A stretch of 63,838 bases of DNA, filler included, from Reclinomonas americana ATCC 50394 (Eukaryota), in NCBI GenBank assembly GCA_048213135.1. It is 15 parts of 15 records of this genome, joined end to end, with 100 filler letters (N's around TTAATTAATTAA, not from the genome) between each part and the next. Parts side by side here need not be neighbours in the genome. Positions count along the whole stretch, not along the records: positions 22,339 to 29,077 come from AFZH01018615.1; positions 29,178 to 42,967 come from AFZH01018616.1; 13 more parts are not named here. One strand, given 5' to 3'. A program made the position numbers and the translations under genes. A model generated the notes under the pieces. The model was not told where the DNA came from. It ran no database searches and was given only the letters and a program-made list of their open reading frames with translations. The first letter of the stretch is position 1. Every line of letters begins with the position of its first letter. Shown here piece after piece: positions 27,428 through 37,184 of the stretch.

Positions 27428-28507
27428 ATGTCATCCGCCTCTCCTCCTTCTCACACTTGCAGTCTCCTGGAAGGACACACCGGGTTCGTGAACGCTGTTG
27501 CCGTCACTCCCGATGGTCTCCAACTGGTGAGCGGGAGTGATGACAAGACTGTGCGTGTGTGGTCTCTGGCGAGTGGCGAGGAGGTGCGACGACTGGAGGG
27601 ACACACCACATGGGTGTGCTGTGTCGCCGTCACTCGTGATGGATTATACATTGTGAGTGGCAGCTGGGACCAGACAGTGCGCGTATGGTCACTTATGAGT
27701 GGAGAACAAGTGCGACTGCTGGAGGGACACAGAGCCGCAGTGACGTGTGTTGCTGTCACCTCCGATGGTCAGCATGCTGTGAGCAGCGGTCACGACGAGA
27801 CCGTGAGAGTCTGGTCTCTGGTGACAGGCGAAGAGGTGCGTCAGATATGTACGAAGAGATTGGACCTTATTGTTTTGTCTCTGGCTGTGACTCCCGACAA
27901 CGAGCACATTGTGTGCGGAGGCGCTGACAAGATTGTGCGTGTGTGGGCACTCTCGAGTGGCGAGGAAGTGCGCCGGTTGGAGGGACACACGAGTATTATC
28001 TGTTCTGTCGCTGTGACTCCCGACGGTCTGCGCGTGGTGAGCGGGAGTCAGGATAGGACTGTGCGAGTGTGGTCGCTGGCGAGTGGCGAGGAGGTGCGAC
28101 GATTGGAGGGACACAGGAAAACGGTGCTGTGTGTGGCCGTCGCTCCCGATGGTCTGCACGTCGTAAGTGGCAGCGAAGACAAGACCACACGAATGTGGTC
28201 ACTGGCGAGTGGCGAGGAGGTGCGGCGATTTGAAGGCGGCGCGGGCGCCGTAGCCTTCACTCCAGACGGCCAGCGCATCGTAAGTGGCGGTTGGCATGGT
28301 AGATTGCGAGCTTTGTCGTCGCCGCTCGCTTTGGCCCGTCGCGAGCTCGACTGGGCGCGACTGGCGATGCGGGCGGTGCAGGAGGCACTGCTGGGAGGGG
28401 AGGAGAATCCGCGATGCTTGGCGGAGATGGTGCTGCGGTGCTTCATTGTGGAGGAGGTGGAGGTGGTACTTTTCCGGTGCAGCGCGGACTCCTCTTTGTG
28501 TTGGTGA
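27428..28507 (+). CDS. WD40 array copy 1: intronless 7-blade WD40 protein with conserved C-terminal tail
   Basis: MSSASPPSHTCSLLEGH, seven WD repeats, tail PLALARRELD...PRCLAEMVLRCFIVEE...FRC. An upstream in-frame ATG also exists at 27380. Confidence 0.9.
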   Translation: MSSASPPSHTCSLLEGHTGFVNAVAVTPDGLQLVSGSDDKTVRVWSLASGEEVRRLEGHTTWVCCVAVTRDGLYIVSGSWDQTVRVWSLMSGEQVRLLEGHRAAVTCVAVTSDGQHAVSSGHDETVRVWSLVTGEEVRQICTKRLDLIVLSLAVTPDNEHIVCGGADKIVRVWALSSGEEVRRLEGHTSIICSVAVTPDGLRVVSGSQDRTVRVWSLASGEEVRRLEGHRKTVLCVAVAPDGLHVVSGSEDKTTRMWSLASGEEVRRFEGGAGAVAFTPDGQRIVSGGWHGRLRALSSPLALARRELDWARLAMRAVQEALLGGEENPRCLAEMVLRCFIVEEVEVVLFRCSADSSLCW

Positions 28508-28683
28508 GACGTGAGGGATAAGGAGCAGAGAGAAGGTGGGAATGAAACTCACCGCGAAATGCGCTCACCCGTTGAGCTGAGATACACACAGCAACAACAA
28601 CAACGTCGAAGCCATCCAGTGTGTCCCACCTGTCTTTTCACTGTTTACATAACGCACTGGCTCCCTCTCCTCTCTTCTTCGTC

Positions 28684-29597
28684 ATGTCATCCGCCTCTCC
28701 CTTTTATTCTTGCAGTCTCCTGGAAGGACACACCGGCTGTGTGTACGCTGTCGCCGTCACTCCCGATGGTCTCAATGTTGTGACCGGCAGCAAGGACAAC
28801 ACTGTGCGTGTGTGGTCGGTGACGAGTGGGAGGGAGGAGCGGCGGTTGGAAGGGCACGCGAACTGGGTGCTCTGTTTGGCGATTACGCCCGACGGGCAGT
28901 ACATTGTCAGCGGCAGCAATGACAATACCATTCGAGTGTGGTGGCTGGCGACTGGCGACGAAGTGGTGTTGTTGGAGGGGCACAGAGATATGGTGACGTG
29001 CGTTGCTGTCAGCGGCGATGGTCAGCACATTGTGAGCGGCAGCTACGATGGGAGCGTGAGGGTGTGGTCCCTGGAAANNNNNNNNNNNNNNNNNNNNNNN
29101 NNNNNNNNNNNNNNNNNNNNNTTAATTAATTAANNNNNNNNNNNNNNNNNNNNNNNNNNNNNNNNNNNNNNNNNNNNCACGTCGTGAGTGGCAGCACTGA
29201 CATGACGTTGCGAATGTGGTCGCTGGCGAGCGCGAGTGGGTTGGAGGAGGTGTGCCAGGTCGCGAGTGGGAATTCGAAAGTCAGTTCTGTTGCTGTCACT
29301 CCCGACGGTCAGCATATTGTGAGCAACGCCGTCGGTGACAGCGCAGTGCGGGTGTGGTCCACGCCGCAAGGCCTCGCTCGGCGGGAGCTGGACACTGCGC
29401 GGCAGGCGATGCAGGCGTTGCAGGAGTTGATGGAGGAAGAAGAAGAAGAAGAAGATCCGCGGTTGCTGCCGGAATTTGTGCTGCGGTGTTTCATCGTGGA
29501 GGACGCTGCGGTGGTGCTGTTCCGCTGCAGCGTTCGCACGGCTGCGGAGCAGCTGGCGGACTTCGATATGGAAACAGATCTAGAGAGGACAGAATGA
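28684..29597 (+). CDS. WD40 array copy 2 (interrupted by gap 29078-29177; could be parts of two copies)
   Basis: MSSASPFYSCSLLEGH plus 3 repeats before the gap. Last repeats and tail follow the gap, with an extended end ...FRCSVRTAAEQLADFDMETDLERTE*. Confidence 0.75.
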
Positions 29598-29779
29598 GAA
29601 AATAAAGGTCACTGCAGGGGTATCCTCGCCTCATGCCTCTTGCGATTCGTCTCCAACAGGAAGAGGCAGGGGAAAAAAAGAGAACTTCAAGTTGCGTCCC
29701 ACGCTGCGTCTCACACTCCCCGTCATCCGTCAATACAATCGCAATCGCACGCCGAGTCTCCCTTCTCCCGATCGGTGTC

Positions 29780-30871
29780 ATGTCACTCTCCACTCACTAT
29801 GATCTTCACAAGTGCCTGGAAGGACACACCGACATTGTGCTTCGTGTTGCCGTCACCTCCGACGGTCAGCACTGTGTGAGCGGCAGCAAGGACAAGACTG
29901 TGCGAGTGTGGTCCACGCAGAGTGGGAAAGAGGTGCGACGACTGGAGGGTCACACGAACTGGGTGCGCTGCGTTGCCGTCTCTCCGGACAGTCAGCATGT
30001 TGTGAGTGGCGGCGACGACAAGTCAGTGCGCGTGTGGTCACTGGCAAGTGGAGAGGAGGAGGTGCGACTGCTAAAGGGACACACTGAATGGGTGAACGCT
30101 GTCGCTGTCACACCGAATGGTCGCCACGTTGTGAGCGGGAGTGCAGACCGCACTGTGCGAGTGTGGTCACTGGACGATGGGAGAGGATACGAGGTGCAAC
30201 AGCTGGAGGGACACACGGAGGGTGTGCGCGCTGTTGCCATCACGCCGGATGGTCGGCGAGTGGTGAGTGGGAGCAATGATGGATCGGTGCGTGTGTGGTC
30301 GTTGGCGAGTGGAGACGAAGTGCGATGGTTGCGAGGTCACCGTGACTGGGTGTCGACTGTCGCTGTCACTCCCGATGGCGAGCACGTGGTGAGCGGGGGC
30401 GCCGATGAAGTAGTGCGCGTGTGGTCCATGTCGAGTGTTGAAGAGATCCGGCGTCTGGAGGGCCACACTGGCTGGGTATTCTCGGTGGCCGTCGCCGGCG
30501 ACGGACAGCTGGTTGTGAGCGGGGGCGCGGATGGTACGGTGCGCGTGTGGTCGCTGGCAACAGGGATGGAGATGCAGCGGCTGGAGGGACGCCATGGCCG
30601 AGTGCTATCGGTTGCGTTCACACCCGACGGGCAGTCGATCGTCAGCAGCGGCTTTGATTGCGTCGTGCGAGTGTGGTCCACGCTGCTCGGCCTCGCTCGG
30701 CAGGAGCTCGACACTGCGCGACTGGCCATGGAGGCGGTGCAGGCAATGGTGCAGGCAGAAGAAGAAGAGGATCCGCGGTGCTTGGTGGAGATTGTGCTGC
30801 GGTGTTTCATTGTGGAGGAAGCTGAGGCGGCGTGCTTCCGGTGCAGCGTGGATCCCGACTTGCATTGGTGA
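29780..30871 (+). CDS. WD40 array copy 3
   Basis: MSLSTHYDLHKCLEGH, 7 repeats, tail ending DPDLHW*. No introns. Confidence 0.9.
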   Translation: MSLSTHYDLHKCLEGHTDIVLRVAVTSDGQHCVSGSKDKTVRVWSTQSGKEVRRLEGHTNWVRCVAVSPDSQHVVSGGDDKSVRVWSLASGEEEVRLLKGHTEWVNAVAVTPNGRHVVSGSADRTVRVWSLDDGRGYEVQQLEGHTEGVRAVAITPDGRRVVSGSNDGSVRVWSLASGDEVRWLRGHRDWVSTVAVTPDGEHVVSGGADEVVRVWSMSSVEEIRRLEGHTGWVFSVAVAGDGQLVVSGGADGTVRVWSLATGMEMQRLEGRHGRVLSVAFTPDGQSIVSSGFDCVVRVWSTLLGLARQELDTARLAMEAVQAMVQAEEEEDPRCLVEIVLRCFIVEEAEAACFRCSVDPDLHW

Positions 30872-31061
30872 GGGGAAACTGAGTGTGGAAATGAAAGTCA
30901 CACAGTTGCATCCTCGCCTCATGCCTTTCCACTTCAATGGCAGTATGGAGAGAAGGTCGCTTCGGCAACTTCGAGCTTCAACAATTCGTCCCACACTTCT
31001 TCTCGTCAAGGTAGTAGTCAACCGCACGCCATCGTTCCTCCCTTTCCTCCCTCTCTCTGCC

Positions 31062-32129
31062 ATGTCATCCGCCTCTCTTAATCACCACTGTAGGCTTCTG
31101 GAGGGACACACGGAAGAGGTGCAGTCTGTTGCCGTGACTCCCGATGGCCAGCACATTGTGAGTTCGAGTGACGATGAGACGATGCGCGTGTGGTCGCTGG
31201 CGAGCGGGAAAGAAGTGCGACGATTTGAGGGGCTACCGTTCGTGAAGTCTGTTTTCATCACTCCCGATGGTCAGCAAGTAGTGGGTGGCGGCTTGGAGAA
31301 GACAGTGCACGTGTGGTCGCTGGCGACTGGAGAAGAAGTGCAACGATGGAAGGGTCACACTTCTGTGGTTTCCTCTGTTGCCGTCACTCCTGATGGTCAG
31401 CACGTTGTGAGTGGCAGTTGGGAGAAGACATTACGCGTGTGGTCACTGGCGAGTGGAGAGGAGGTGCGACGGCTGGAGGGACACACTGGATATGTGCACT
31501 GCGTCGCAGTCAGTCCCAACAGTCTGCATGTGGTGAGTGGGAGTGCGGACAAGACAGTGCGCGTGTGGTCGCTGGCGAGTGGGGAGGAATCGCGGCAGAT
31601 GGTGGGGCACTCTTCAGCTGTGTGGTCTGTTGCTGTCTCTCCCGACGGTCTGCATGTGGTGAGCGGGAGTGCCGATAAGACGGTGCGAGTGTGGTCGCTG
31701 GTGAGTGGTGAGGAGGTGCGCCGGTTGGAGGGGCACATGAAGTGGGTGTTGTGTGTCGCCGTCTCTCCCGATAGCCAGTTCATTGTCAGTGGTAGCAATG
31801 ACGACACTGTGCGGCTGTGGTCGCTGATGAGTGGCGAGGAGGTGCGACGATTCGAAGGTGGCGCCAGTGCTGTGGCTTTCACTCCTGATGGACAGCGCAT
31901 CGTGAGTGGTGGTTGGACACACAGACTGCGAGTGTTGTCTTCGCCGCTCGCCTTGTCACGTCACGAGCTCGACACCGCGCGACTGGCCATGGAGGCGGTG
32001 CAGGAGATGATGGAGGAAGGAGAAGAGGATCCGCGATGCCTGCCAGAGCTGGCGCTGCGGTGTTTCATCGTGGAGGAAGCCGAGGCGATGTGCTTCCGGT
32101 GCGGCGCTGATCCTGATTTGCATTGGTGA
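31062..32129 (+). CDS. WD40 array copy 4
   Basis: MSSASLNHHCRLLEGH, 7 repeats, conserved tail. Confidence 0.9.
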   Translation: MSSASLNHHCRLLEGHTEEVQSVAVTPDGQHIVSSSDDETMRVWSLASGKEVRRFEGLPFVKSVFITPDGQQVVGGGLEKTVHVWSLATGEEVQRWKGHTSVVSSVAVTPDGQHVVSGSWEKTLRVWSLASGEEVRRLEGHTGYVHCVAVSPNSLHVVSGSADKTVRVWSLASGEESRQMVGHSSAVWSVAVSPDGLHVVSGSADKTVRVWSLVSGEEVRRLEGHMKWVLCVAVSPDSQFIVSGSNDDTVRLWSLMSGEEVRRFEGGASAVAFTPDGQRIVSGGWTHRLRVLSSPLALSRHELDTARLAMEAVQEMMEEGEEDPRCLPELALRCFIVEEAEAMCFRCGADPDLHW

Positions 32130-32328
32130 GGCGTGTAGGAAGGCAGAGAAGAGCGTGCAAAAATGAAAGTCACAGAGTCACATCTTCGCCTCGTGCGTTC
32201 CATCTTCAATGGCCAAAAATCGAGAAGGTTCTGTGGCAACGTCGACGGAGCTTCAGCAATTCGTCCCACACTTCTTCTCGCCCTCAACCGCACGCCATCG
32301 TGCCTCCCTTTTTCTCCCTCTCTCTGCC

Positions 32329-33396
32329 ATGTCATCCGCCCCTCGTAATCACCACTGTCGTCTTCTGGAGGGTCACGCTCGTGAGGTGCGGTCCGTCGCC
32401 GTCACCCCTGACGGGCAGCATGTTGTGAGCGCTAGTGATGACGGTACTGTTCGTGTGTGGTCACTGGCGAGCGGGCGGGAGGTGCGACGACTGGAGGGGT
32501 ACATTAAGTGGGTGAACGCTCTCGCGGTCACTCCCGACAGTCAACACATTGTGGTGGGGTGCTCCGACGAGGCAATTCGAGTGTGGTCACTGGCGAGTGG
32601 CGAGGAAGTGCGACGATTGGTGGGGCACAGTAGGTTGTCGTCTTTCGCCGTTACTCCAGATGGCCAGCACGTTGTGAGTGGCAGTTGGGAGAAGATATTG
32701 CACGTGTGGTCACTGGCGAGTGGAGAGGAGGTGCGACGGCTGGAGGGACACACTGGAATGGTGATGTCTGTCACTGTCACTCCCGACGGTCAGCACGTGG
32801 TGAGCGGGAGTGGAGATAAGACAGTGCGTGTGTGGTCGCTGGCGAGCGGAGAGGAAGTGCAACAGATGGTGGGGCACACTGAGACTGTTCGATGTGTCGC
32901 CGTCTCTCCCGATGGTCTGCATGTGGTGAGCGGAAGTCACGACAAGACGGTGCGAGTGTGGTCACTGGCGAGTGGCGAGGAGGTGCGCCGGTTGGAGGGG
33001 CACATGAAGTGGGTGTTGTGTGTCGCCCTCACTCCCGATTCCAAGTTCATTGTCAGTGGGAGCATTGATGACACTGTGCGGCTGTGGTCGCTGATGGGTG
33101 GCGAGGAGGTGCGACGATTTGAAGGTGGCGCCAGTGCTGTGGCTGTCACTCCCGATGGCCAGAGCATTGTGAGTGGTGGTTGGACACACAGACTGCGAGT
33201 GTTGTCTTCGCCGCTCGCCTTGTCACGTCACGAGCTCGATACCGCGCGACTGGCCATGGAGGCGGTGCAGGAGGTAGTACCAGACGAAGACGTGGATTTG
33301 CGATGCCTGCCGGAGTTGGTGCTGCGATGTTTCATTGTGGAGGAGGCAGAGGCGATGTGCTTCCGGTGCAGCGCTGATCCCGAGTTGCATTGGTGA
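32329..33396 (+). CDS. WD40 array copy 5
   Basis: MSSAPRNHHCRLLEGH, 7 repeats. The 3' third is nearly identical to copy 4. Confidence 0.9.
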   Translation: MSSAPRNHHCRLLEGHAREVRSVAVTPDGQHVVSASDDGTVRVWSLASGREVRRLEGYIKWVNALAVTPDSQHIVVGCSDEAIRVWSLASGEEVRRLVGHSRLSSFAVTPDGQHVVSGSWEKILHVWSLASGEEVRRLEGHTGMVMSVTVTPDGQHVVSGSGDKTVRVWSLASGEEVQQMVGHTETVRCVAVSPDGLHVVSGSHDKTVRVWSLASGEEVRRLEGHMKWVLCVALTPDSKFIVSGSIDDTVRLWSLMGGEEVRRFEGGASAVAVTPDGQSIVSGGWTHRLRVLSSPLALSRHELDTARLAMEAVQEVVPDEDVDLRCLPELVLRCFIVEEAEAMCFRCSADPELHW

Positions 33397-33595
33397 GGCA
33401 GGATAATATGTGGGAATAAAATCGCTGCGGTGTGTTCTTGCCCTATGCCTCATGCGGTTCGTCTCCGAGAAAAGAGAGCAACTTCGATGCAGTTGAACAA
33501 GTCCCACACTTTCTTCTCGCACTCCGTCCCACGCCATCGCACTCCCTTTCCTTCTCTCTCTCTCTCTCCCTCCCTCCCCCCTCCCTCTCTCTGCC

Positions 33596-34666
33596 ATGTC
33601 ATCCGCCTCTCCCATTCACTCTTGCAGTTTCCTGGAGGGACACACCGATGGCGTTCTCTGCGTCGCCATCACTCCCGACGGGAAGCACTGTGTGAGTGGC
33701 AGCAAGGACAAGACTGTGCGTCTGTGGTCACTGGCAAGTGGGAAAGAGGTGCGACGACTGGTGGGTCACACGAACTGGGTGCGTTGTGTCACCGTCACTC
33801 CCGATGGACAGCATGTTGTGAGCGGCGGTGATGATGATTCTGTGCATGTGTGGTCACTGGCGACTGGAGAGGAAGTGCGACAGTTGGAGGGTCCCACTGC
33901 CTGGGTGTCGTGCGTTGCCGTGACTCCCGATGGTCAGCATGTCGTGGGTGCGAGGGGAGACAACACAGTGCGAGTGTGGTCACTGGCGAGTGGCGAGGAG
34001 GTGCGACGGCTAGAGGGACACACGGATAGTGTGCGCTCTGTTGCCATCACTCCCGACGGTCAGCACGTGGTGAGCGGGAGCCATGACAGGACAGTGCGCG
34101 TGTGGTTGCTGACGAGTGGCGAGGAAGTGCGTCAAATGGCGTGGCACGCCGGGTGGGTAACGTCTGTCGCCGTCACTCCCGACGGCCTGCATGTGGTGAG
34201 CGGAGATATGGTCAAGACAGTGCGCATGTGGTCGCTGGCGAGTGGCGAGGAGGTGCGACGGTTTGAGGGGCACACGAAAGCGGTGCTGTGTGTCGCCGTC
34301 GCTCCAGATAGTCAGTTCATTGTCAGCGGGAGCCATGACAACACTGTGCGAATGTGGTCCTCGGTGACTGGTGAGGAGGTGCGCCAGTTCGAGGGGAAAG
34401 TCAACCGCGTGGCTGTCACTCCCGACGGGCAGTCAATCGTCAACAGCGGCTTCGAATTTGTTGTGCGAGCTTTGTCTTCGCCACTCGCCTTGGCCCGCCG
34501 TGAGTTCGCCACCGCACGGCAGGCCACGCAGGCGGCGCACGAGATGATGGAAGAAGAAGAAGAGGATCCGCGGTGCCTGGTGGAGATCGTGCTGCGGTGT
34601 TTCATTGTGGAGGAAGCTGAGGCGATGTGCTTCCGGTGCAGCGCGGATCCCGACTTGCATTGGTGA
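33596..34666 (+). CDS. WD40 array copy 6
   Basis: MSSASPIHSCSFLEGH, 7 repeats, conserved tail. Confidence 0.9.
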   Translation: MSSASPIHSCSFLEGHTDGVLCVAITPDGKHCVSGSKDKTVRLWSLASGKEVRRLVGHTNWVRCVTVTPDGQHVVSGGDDDSVHVWSLATGEEVRQLEGPTAWVSCVAVTPDGQHVVGARGDNTVRVWSLASGEEVRRLEGHTDSVRSVAITPDGQHVVSGSHDRTVRVWLLTSGEEVRQMAWHAGWVTSVAVTPDGLHVVSGDMVKTVRMWSLASGEEVRRFEGHTKAVLCVAVAPDSQFIVSGSHDNTVRMWSSVTGEEVRQFEGKVNRVAVTPDGQSIVNSGFEFVVRALSSPLALARREFATARQATQAAHEMMEEEEEDPRCLVEIVLRCFIVEEAEAMCFRCSADPDLHW

Positions 34667-34806
34667 CGCGCGAAAGAGAGAAGAGAGCCAAGAAGGCGTG
34701 TTACCCATCAATAAAGAGTTGTCCTTGTCCTTGTTTTCGACCACACTCTTCATCTTTCGCATTTCGCAGCGCACACACGCATCCCTTCCTTCACCTTTCC
34801 CTCCCC

Positions 34807-35895
34807 ATGTCGCTCACCACCCCCACCATCGCTCACCAATGCCTGATTGGCCACGTGAGCGCCGTGACAAGTATCGCCTTCACCGTCGACGACACCCACA
34901 TTGTGAGCGGCAGCTGGGACACCACCCTCCGCGTGTGGTCTGTGACCAGTGGAGAACAAGTGCAACACATGGAAGGCCACGTGAGCTGGGTGCGAAGTGT
35001 GGCCGTCACACCCGATGGAGAGCACGCGGTGAGCTGCGGTCGCGATCTGTCGTTGCGTGTGTGGTCGCTGGCAAGTGGGCAAGAGGTGCGACAGTTCATG
35101 GGTCACGCGTACGCGGTGATGTCGGTCGCGGTGACACCCGATGGACAACACCTGGTCAGTGGGAGCGAGGACAGGACTGTGCGAGTGTGGTCGCTGGCGA
35201 GGGGCGTGGAGGTGCGACGAATGGAGAGGCACACGGACCGGGTGTCGGCCGTGGCCGTCACTCCCGACGGAGAGTTTGTTGTGAGCGGGAGCTGGGACGC
35301 GTCGGTGCGAGTGTGGTCGCTGGCGAGCGGAGTGCAGCTGTGGCGATTCAAAGGGCACACAAAGTGGGTGCTGTGTGCGGCGGTCACTGCCGATGGGCAG
35401 CACGTAGTGAGCGGCGGCTGTGACGCGACGGTGCTTGTGTGGTCGCTGGCGAGTGGGCGACAGGAGCGCTGCTTGCTCGGGCACGAGGATGCGGTGTGTT
35501 CTGTCGCCGTCACACCGAATAGTCAGCATGTGGTGAGTGGCGGGGACGACAAGACTGTGCGAGTGTGGTCGCTGGCAAGTGGACAAGAGGTGCAGCGGTT
35601 GTACGGTCACACGGATCGGGTGTTTGCTGTCGCCGTCTCTCACGATGGTCTGCGCGTTGCGAGTGGAGGCTATGACGAGACGGTACGGGTGTGGTCACTG
35701 CCGCACGCCTTTGCCTGTCGCGAGCTTGATACTGCGCGGGAGGCCGTGCAGGCGGTACAGGAGATAATGATAGGAGAAGAGGGAGAGGAGGATCCGCGGT
35801 GCCTGCCGGAGATCGTGTTGCGGTGTTTCGTGGTGGAGGAGGCTGAGGTGGTCCTCTTCCGTTGCAGTGCAGTTTCTGATTTGTACGTGGAGTGA
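34807..35895 (+). CDS. WD40 array copy 7
   Basis: MSLTTPTIAHQCLIGH, 7 repeats, tail LPHAFACRELD...CLPEIVLRCFVVEE...FRCSAVSDLYVE*. Confidence 0.9.
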   Translation: MSLTTPTIAHQCLIGHVSAVTSIAFTVDDTHIVSGSWDTTLRVWSVTSGEQVQHMEGHVSWVRSVAVTPDGEHAVSCGRDLSLRVWSLASGQEVRQFMGHAYAVMSVAVTPDGQHLVSGSEDRTVRVWSLARGVEVRRMERHTDRVSAVAVTPDGEFVVSGSWDASVRVWSLASGVQLWRFKGHTKWVLCAAVTADGQHVVSGGCDATVLVWSLASGRQERCLLGHEDAVCSVAVTPNSQHVVSGGDDKTVRVWSLASGQEVQRLYGHTDRVFAVAVSHDGLRVASGGYDETVRVWSLPHAFACRELDTAREAVQAVQEIMIGEEGEEDPRCLPEIVLRCFVVEEAEVVLFRCSAVSDLYVE

Positions 35896-35940
35896 ACTTC
35901 AACACAAGTGTCCGTCCGTCCCTCTCTCCCACCCCCCCTA

Positions 35941-37020
35941 ATGTCACTTGTCACGCACATTCACCGCCACAAGCGCCGCTTGGTGGGACACACTGCAGGG
36001 GTGAACTCGGTGGCCTTCACTCCCGATGGACTGCACGTGGTGAGTGGCAGTCGAGACACCACAGTGCGCGTGTGGTCTCTGGCGAGTGGCGAGGAGGTGC
36101 GACAGCTGGAGGGCCACGTTGATGTGGTGCGGTCTGTCGCCGTCACGCCCGACAGTCGGCACATTGTGAGCGGCGCTGATGACAGGACTGTGCGCGTGTG
36201 GTCTCTTGAGAGTGGCGACGAGGTGCGGGTGCTGCGAGGACACACTGACTTTGTGTTTGCTGTCGCTGTCACTCCCGATGGCCGGCATGTGGTGAGCGGA
36301 AGCCGCGACATGACTGTGCGACTGTGGTCCATCGAAAGTGGAAATGCAGTGTGCCAGTTGCGGGGACACACTGGCGCAGTGCTGTCTGTCGCCGTCACTC
36401 CCGATGGCCTCCGCGTTGTGAGTGGCAGCCAGGACAACACCGTGCGAGTGTGGTCGCTGGCGAATGGAGGAGAATTGCAGTGGCTTTTTGAGGGGCACAC
36501 CTATTTGGTAATGTCTGTCGCCGTCACTCTCGACGGTCTGCATGTGGTGAGCGGGAGCTACGACAAGACAGTGCGCGTGTGGTCACTGTCGAGTGGCGCA
36601 GAGGTGCAACGGTTGGAGGGGCATACAACATGGGTGCGTGCAGTCGCAGTGACGCCCGATGGTCAGCACATTCTCGGTGGCAGCAATGAAAAGGCCGTGC
36701 GAGTGTGGTCGCTGGCACGTGGCGAAGAAGTGCTGCATTTGGCAGGTGAAACTATCGGAGTGCAATCGGTCGCCGTTTCGTCTGACGGGCAGCATGTGGC
36801 GAGCGGGGGTGACGACTGCAAGGTGCGAGTGTGGTCCCTGCCGCATGCTTTTGCTTGTCGCGAGCTCGACGCTGCGCGGCTGGCCGTGCGGGCGGTAATA
36901 GAAGAGGAGGAGGAGGAGGATACGCGGTGTTTGCCGGAGCTTGTGCTGCGGTGTTTCATTGTGGAGGAGGCTGAGGTGGTGCTGTTCAGGTGCAGCATTG
37001 ATCCTGATGTGCACTGGTAG
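35941..37020 (+). CDS. WD40 array copy 8
   Basis: MSLVTHIHRHKRRLVGH, 7 repeats. The ATG lies only 45 bp after the stop of copy 7. Confidence 0.9.
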   Translation: MSLVTHIHRHKRRLVGHTAGVNSVAFTPDGLHVVSGSRDTTVRVWSLASGEEVRQLEGHVDVVRSVAVTPDSRHIVSGADDRTVRVWSLESGDEVRVLRGHTDFVFAVAVTPDGRHVVSGSRDMTVRLWSIESGNAVCQLRGHTGAVLSVAVTPDGLRVVSGSQDNTVRVWSLANGGELQWLFEGHTYLVMSVAVTLDGLHVVSGSYDKTVRVWSLSSGAEVQRLEGHTTWVRAVAVTPDGQHILGGSNEKAVRVWSLARGEEVLHLAGETIGVQSVAVSSDGQHVASGGDDCKVRVWSLPHAFACRELDAARLAVRAVIEEEEEEDTRCLPELVLRCFIVEEAEVVLFRCSIDPDVHW

Positions 37021-37184
37021 AGCAGGCGGAAAAATGAAGGTCAAAGTGTTGCATCCTCCCTTCATGCGTTCCCCGTACGCGACGGCAGCGCAGCAACTTC
37101 GACCTCGCCTGCGAACGTGTCCCACAGTCTTTCTCGCACTCCTGTTGCACGCCATCCTGCCTCCCTTGCTCTCTTCTCCGTGTC

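Noticed and set aside
30531..31061. Long N-terminal extensions of array ORFs (also starts at 29633, 34627, 39276) suggesting fused or overlapping genes
   Set aside because: They are alternative-frame read-through of the previous copy or spacer, mostly from non-ATG starts. The conserved ATGTC (MSS/MSL) start marks each real gene.
34750..35643. Antisense ORFs with repeated SDHTRT/QRPH motifs over the WD40 genes
   Set aside because: Shadow frames of the repetitive GC-rich WD40 coding strand.
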